Origin: Catajapyx aquilonaris
Lineage: Eukaryota
Assembly: GCA_000934665.2 (NCBI GenBank)
Contig: KZ538909.1
Coordinates: forward strand, 1 to 40,882
Length of the DNA: 40,882 nt
Direction: 5' to 3'
A program made the translations under genes and the position numbers. The notes beneath the pieces were generated by a model, which was not told the origin of the DNA, searched no databases, and saw only the letters and a program-made list of their open reading frames with translations. Shown here piece after piece: positions 35,623 to 40,882 of the stretch (position 1 is its first letter; every line of letters begins with the position of its first letter).

Positions 35623-35706
35623 CTGCAAAAATCAAACAACAAGAATGACTTTTACACAACGCAACAAATAACTTCTACACAGGTGAATGATGAATGCTAT
35701 ACATAC

Positions 35707-35797
35707 CAATCCTCCTTCTTCCTTTCTAGGCTTTGTGACAACCTGCTCCTTTCGTTCTTGAGCTTTCTTTTGGACGATTTTCTTGGCATCACTCAAC
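35707..35797 (-). CDS. capu: Formin tail exon
   Basis: LSDAKKIVQKKAQERKEQVVTKPRKEEGGL; GTATGT donor. Confidence 0.85.
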
Positions 35798-35898
35798 CTT
35801 CCAAGAATAAAAGGGATCAGTATGATAATTTGAATTAAATCCACTTTGTAGTATTGAAGCACTAATCAATAATTTTGAATTTAAGTAACAATGCTGAC

Positions 35899-36051
35899 TT
35901 TTGTTTTGCAACTTTTTGCTGCTGTTTCTTCCATATGTCCTTGAAGTCACTGCAAAACGGAGCCCACACACTAAAAAGATCCTTTGGGGCAGCATCTACT
36001 TCCTTGACTCCTTTTGGTACGAATTGATAAAATCTCATGGTTGCCATAAAC
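35899..36051 (-). CDS. capu: Formin exon (end of FH2)
   Basis: FMATMRFYQF...PKDLFSVWAPFCSDFKDIWKKQQQKVAKQK; GTCAGC donor. Confidence 0.9.
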
Positions 36052-36112
36052 CTGCAACAAAATGTACATATAAAAAATTTATGCTTTGTCACAATTTGTT
36101 TAAAGCACTCAC

Positions 36113-36164
36113 TTGCTCTGACAATCCTGCAGGTTGTCTTCCTGTTCCTTCAACTGTCGTCTTG
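36113..36164 (-). CDS. capu: Formin exon
   Basis: ARRQLKEQEDNLQDCQSK; phase 1 to phase 2. Confidence 0.87.
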
Positions 36165-37572
36165 CTGTAAGATACACAAAGGTATCATACCAATGTTTTG
36201 TTCCACTGATTTTCAGGAAAATGCAAAAATGCATAAAGTAGCTTATGGTCCAAAGCATTTTCAAATTGCAGTAAAATTTAATGTGGCTTGTGACGATCTT
36301 AAAAACCTCTGCTAGTCTTAGAGGGTTATTAACACCTAATCCTATTTTGAACTTACAAGTGGAATGGATTTATAGGAGTCCCTCGTATCCACCAATTTAC
36401 ATATGCCACAGCAGAAATATATTAATCCGGTTGAAATACAGAGATAAGGGTAACTGCAATGCCTGCCCATACCAGCTGCTTCTCACCACATGGCATCACA
36501 AGCAACATAACCTTGAAGATGTCTTTGGAAACATCAGCGAGGGTGGCTTCATCAAGGAATCAGCACTGTTAAGGGAATTTTGGATATCTGGAAGGATCAC
36601 TGCCTCATTCCAGATTTGGAGTAGCCCCTTATTTTTCTAAACCCTTGGCCAGCACTTGTTTGTTGGAAAAGAATTACTGACCTACCATTCTCCCATGAAA
36701 ACACAAAAAAGAAGATTTAAACATAGGCTAGGTAGGTAATTCTGGACACCTGGGTATGCACTAACTCTCAGACCCAGATATCCAGATAAAGCTTCAGCTC
36801 TTGGAACCTTTCAGGTATTTTATGCTGTTTGAACTATTGCACATCATAACCTGTACGGAGAGGCTGTGACTAATTATGTGGACTTCATAAAAAGGCATAG
36901 CCAGATCCGTGGTTTTAAAAAAACGATCAGAACTGGGATTCATGATTGCTGGTGCCTGTCTGCCATTAGGGTTTATCATACTACCTGGACACCCAAATTA
37001 CCTGGACCCTCTAAATGACCCTGCACCTCAACATGGACTCATAGGTTCACTGCTTCTGGGCAATGAAAGCACCCCTCCAATGAGTGAGTGAATTAATAGT
37101 TCTTCACCTGCCACCTCTCAGTTCTTGCTAACAACCTTTTCTAGAGGATATTGTGCTTTGGAAATCAACATGAGCCTTTCTGTTGGCTATTCTTACTATA
37201 ATGGCTCCTTAATAGCTGCACAAATGCGATGTATTACTGTTAAAGCCAACAGCAGCCACCAAGGTGCAGCTGTAAGCTTTGCCTGAATACCCATAAATTC
37301 TAGCCACATGTATCATACAGTCTTATGACTCTCCACCAGTTCCAAAGGCTTTAAACTGAAAGACCTTACCTTCTACTTGGCATGTCAAAAATTTTTATTG
37401 GCATGCTTTCTAATTCGGATGCCATATGATTGGTATGAAACATAATTTTGGCGATAATGGCCCTTTACCCAATTTCCCTGTTGATTTTCCTTTTCATACA
37501 ATGCAGTGCAATTTCACTTGATCTCTGGTCTGCAGTCCAAAAGCTGCAGAAAATATACATCTAGAATCGCAC

Positions 37573-37801
37573 CATTTGCAAGAAATTCTTCCATCTTGTC
37601 TTTGAATGGCTGAAGGTGCTCCTCATTAGACGAATCCCCAATCACTTTTTCCACTTTCATTTGGCATCCTTGAAGACTTGCCTGGAGCTTCTTCAAGTCT
37701 GTTGCCATATCTTCAAAATTGACATTGTTGGCTCGTTCAATGTCACCAGGTTCAGGAACAGGTAGCTTGGCCTCAGGGCTGCCAGCATTTTGATCATATT
37801 T
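37573..37801 (-). CDS. capu: Formin FH2 exon
   Basis: KYDQNAGSPEAKLPVPEPGDIERA...HLQPFKDKMEEFLAN. Confidence 0.92.
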
Positions 37802-38180
37802 CTAAAAAACAGTGACAAAAAGTCATGGTCTTGCTCAATCATACAAGGAAAATATGTCACTCAAAACGACTGTTATAAACACATTCAAGTAATAGCATAA
37901 ATTCGAAAAAGAAAATGCAATTAACAATCAACATGGCAAATATGCACACATGAAAAACATTCAGAATAAAAAAATTTGGTCACATCACTTGTACAGACAG
38001 CTAAAGGATTACCTTTCCACACCAGGCTCAGAAATTAGCCTCCAACAGAGGTGCTACCTAGGGGAGTGCAAGTCATTGCATCAGGGAGAGGCAGCACCTC
38101 TGTTGGGGGCTAATTTCTCAGCCTGGTGTAGAAAGATAATCCTTAGCCCCTTAGCCAACTGTACCCCACTCTCCCCTTAC

Positions 38181-38505
38181 CTGTATGTACAATTGTACAA
38201 TGTAATGAAGCAGGGTGAGGGAGTTGTCTTTACTCTTAACATCCCTCAGCTTCGGCAGGATCTCCAGTCCAAATCCATCTGCTTGTCCCCGTTGCCTATT
38301 CCCACCATTCATATAGTTCCCCAATGACAGTATCATAGCAAATATGCGCTTGAGGCATTCAGATGTGGTCACCATCTCACAGAGGGACTTCAGGTTGTTC
38401 AGGCGATTCTCTATCACACTCATTCTTTCTGTGAAGTCAGACTGAAACGTGAAGCACGCAATCCTTTCCGCGAAGTGAGGGATCTGGGCCAGGTCGTGCA
38501 GAAAC
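38181..38505 (-). CDS. capu: Formin FH2 exon (GNYMN motif)
   Basis: FLHDLAQIPHFAERIACF...LGNYMNGGNRQRGQADGFGLEILPKLRDVKSKDN. Confidence 0.95.
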
Positions 38506-38561
38506 CTGGACAATTCAGAATGTTAAAAATAAACTTTTATTTTTTCCATCATATGACTCAC

Positions 38562-38641
38562 ATGTCTGGCCTGTCTAGAGGCACATCGGGGTTGAGTTCT
38601 AGCTGAGAACGAATCATATTGAGCTCATCATCAGTGCCTCT
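38562..38641 (-). CDS. capu: Formin FH2 exon
   Basis: RGTDDELNMIRSQLELNPDVPLDRPD; cag acceptor, GTGAGT donor. Confidence 0.9.
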
Positions 38642-38828
38642 CTGAAAAAGTCAGACATTTTCATCTAATTTACTGTATGTCCTCTATCCACACATATTGC
38701 CAGCACTGAGACAGTTGCTTGCAGGAAGGAACATGTTACAATGAGTTACTTGTGGGAAAAAGTAAAGTCAATCTGCATCCAAAAAGCTAGAATTCAGACC
38801 ATTATGTTCCATAGCAAAATTTCCTCAT

Positions 38829-39093
38829 ATATCGCACCCCGGCAATAACAGGGGCACAAGTCCAAAAAGTCAATATCACAGGAGAGCACTTTGAAAGTTG
38901 TATAGTGTTGGTATAGTGTTATCATAAATCAGGTATTGATGCAGCATTCGAATAATCAGAATTGCTAATTTTATTTTTTGTTAAAATCAGAATATGCATT
39001 CTGATTGTGCCCACGGTCATGGACCCTGCTCTAGTAGTAAGTCAAAATCGTCATTGTTGGACTTGTGCCCCTGTTATTGCCGGGATGCGATAT
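38829..39093. mobile_element. MITE in a formin intron
   Basis: TIR ATATCGCAcCCCGGCAATAACAGGGGCACAAGTCCAA at both ends. Confidence 0.8.
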
Positions 39094-39286
39094 GTTGGCA
39101 CAACTCAGAAAGAAAACTTCAGACAAGAGGAAGTGATTTTTCCCCCCTTACTATGCTTTCACTTTGACAATTTCCCTGCTACCTTTTCTGCAAAATTAGT
39201 GTCCAAGCTATACAGTGAATTGAAAACAAAATATTGCCTGTCCCATCAAGCTGCTTCTCATTACTGTAGTATTTCAAGAGTCTTAC

Positions 39287-39348
39287 TATCTCATATATCT
39301 GCTGCAATGATTCCAGGTCTAGGACGGAAGTGTCAAAGTTGTATATAG
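39287..39348 (-). CDS. capu: Formin FH2 exon
   Basis: AIYNFDTSVLDLESLQQIYEI; phases join both neighbours. Confidence 0.9.
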
Positions 39349-39411
39349 CTGGAAAGTAATCAGAAAATTTATTTTCATTTCACTTGACATCATCTTTTGA
39401 CTTGTGCTCAC

Positions 39412-39653
39412 CATTCTCTATGTCAGTGATCTCCAGATGGAGGCTGGAGACCAGAATCCCCACATTTTGTGAGCGCTTGCTGTCGAGCACCTTGGCTGTC
39501 TTCACCTTCGCAGGTTTGCTGCTTTCTGCCTTTGGTTTGGGCACCTTCTTCTCTACCACCTGCCTGGAAAACAGGTCGACGAAATCTTCCCAGTCATCAA
39601 CAGGGTCTTCCTCCTCTAGCTTGTCCCATAGTGGCACGTGAGTTTCACCATCC
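39412..39653 (-). CDS. capu: Formin (Cappuccino/FMN family), FH2-domain exon; upstream exons lie outside the window
   Basis: LWDKLEE...FVDLFSRQ...KVLDSKRSQNVGILVSSLHL, the FH2 N-terminal motifs. Confidence 0.92.
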
Positions 39654-40414
39654 CTGAAAATTTTAAATGCAAAAATTAGTTTTGAAAATAAATTAAAACA
39701 ATCTATAACTGACACATTTGTTTAATCATTCTTTGCCATTGTGCAGATATGTATACATATCAGAAATAATCTATCACCTACTTTCAAGGTTTAAAAAGCA
39801 TTGTAGTTGATCCTTCTGGCTGTGGAATCGTCAGGGCTTTCTGCCAATACTCATGTTATGCTTATACTGTATGTGTACGGTAACCTTGGAAAGTCCAGCA
39901 AATGCAACAGAATGAAATTTCCTCACAATTTTGTCCATTAATGGGTGCAATAAAAATGTTGGGACTCTTTTTCGCTTAGAAATTTCTACAACGTTCTTTT
40001 CGTATATACAGACTGTCCACCATGAAACTCCAACATTTTGAAAGTATATTATTTTTACATGTCAGGTATAATACAGCAGTGATTATGGATGGAATGGTAG
40101 CAGACACTCACAAAAGTTCATATGAAAATTTTGTTGTAGTTATTTAAACTATTTGCCTTGCACTAAAATTGTGAAAGATTTCAGACAGGTAGGTGGTACC
40201 ACTATGGTCCCAAAAAAGTAGTTCCCATTGTTTATACACTTCTGGTTCAGTTGATAAAAGCACAAATACCATCAAACTATAACAATCATCATCATCATCA
40301 TCATAATAATAATGGGTAGTTCAGACCTCCTTGGAGGTATTAGACGGACCTTTATTTAAACGCAAACATATATAATATCCTTGTTCTGCTGCAACGCCCT
40401 GGTCCATGGGCATG

Positions 40415-40657
40415 GGGGGAGAGGGAGGTGTGGGGAGGTGCCCAAGGGAGGGCACTGTTATAGTTTTTAGTATTTTCAGACAGTCATCTTACCAGACCTT
40501 TTCTCCTGGCCCTTGGCAGAGAAGAGAGTGCAATTCTGCCTGGACATGTCAGGTGAAAAGTGGAAAAAGACCTGACTAAGCGAAGGTGATGGGAATTGAA
40601 CACCCGACCCCGCTTGGCTGGCCAGTAGCATAGCCACTAGACCACCATGCCTCCCCT
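40415..40657 (-). mobile_element. tRNA-derived SINE (family A), diverged
   Basis: Colinear with 4240-4481. Confidence 0.8.
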
Positions 40658-40815
40658 ATCAAAAGATCATATTTCAGGGTTAGGCTAAAGCACGGTCATA
40701 TAAGTAAGGTCTGGTCACTCCCACCCACCCCCTGCCGAGGAGTTTTGCAGCGGGTGCTCACCTGAGACCGCCATGAGACATTTCGGAGGCCAGGATAAGT
40801 GGCGACCCTACCGGG

Positions 40816-40882
40816 CTAGGCTGAACTTTATAGGTACCCCCAATGTAGCCCTCCCCTTTCGTACCTATAAAGTTCAGCCTAG
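40816..40882. repeat. 22-bp perfect inverted repeat at the window edge
   Basis: ctaggctgaactttataggtac at 40816-40837 and its complement at 40861-40882; may extend past the window. Confidence 0.7.

Overview
Animal genomic DNA, most likely arthropod (gene content, TTAGG run, Cappuccino-type formin). Splice sites were read by hand and all exon phases join. The window holds four spliced housekeeping genes: NDUFS2 (minus, 6 coding exons, 469 aa), RPB9/POLR2I (plus, 5 exons, 138 aa, head-to-head with NDUFS2), UFC1 (minus, 4 exons, 167 aa) and the 3' part of a Cappuccino/FMN-family formin (minus, 9 exons visible). Introns and intergenic DNA are packed with palindromic MITEs (Tc1/mariner-, PIF/Harbinger-, hAT- and piggyBac-type ends), a decayed full-length mariner, tRNA-derived SINEs and a truncated LINE. 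Four observations stand out. (1) A stand-alone, fully paired but atypical tRNA-like Pol III gene with a 63-nt structured intron at 37/38 (21056-21191, minus). (2) A local duplication of the RPB9/UFC1 tail-to-tail junction, resolved so that each gene kept a different copy. (3) A forced GC-AG first intron in UFC1 with a weak donor. (4) Several long fold-back elements in introns, two of them built from two mariner 5' ends. No database searches were run; protein calls rest on recognised motifs.
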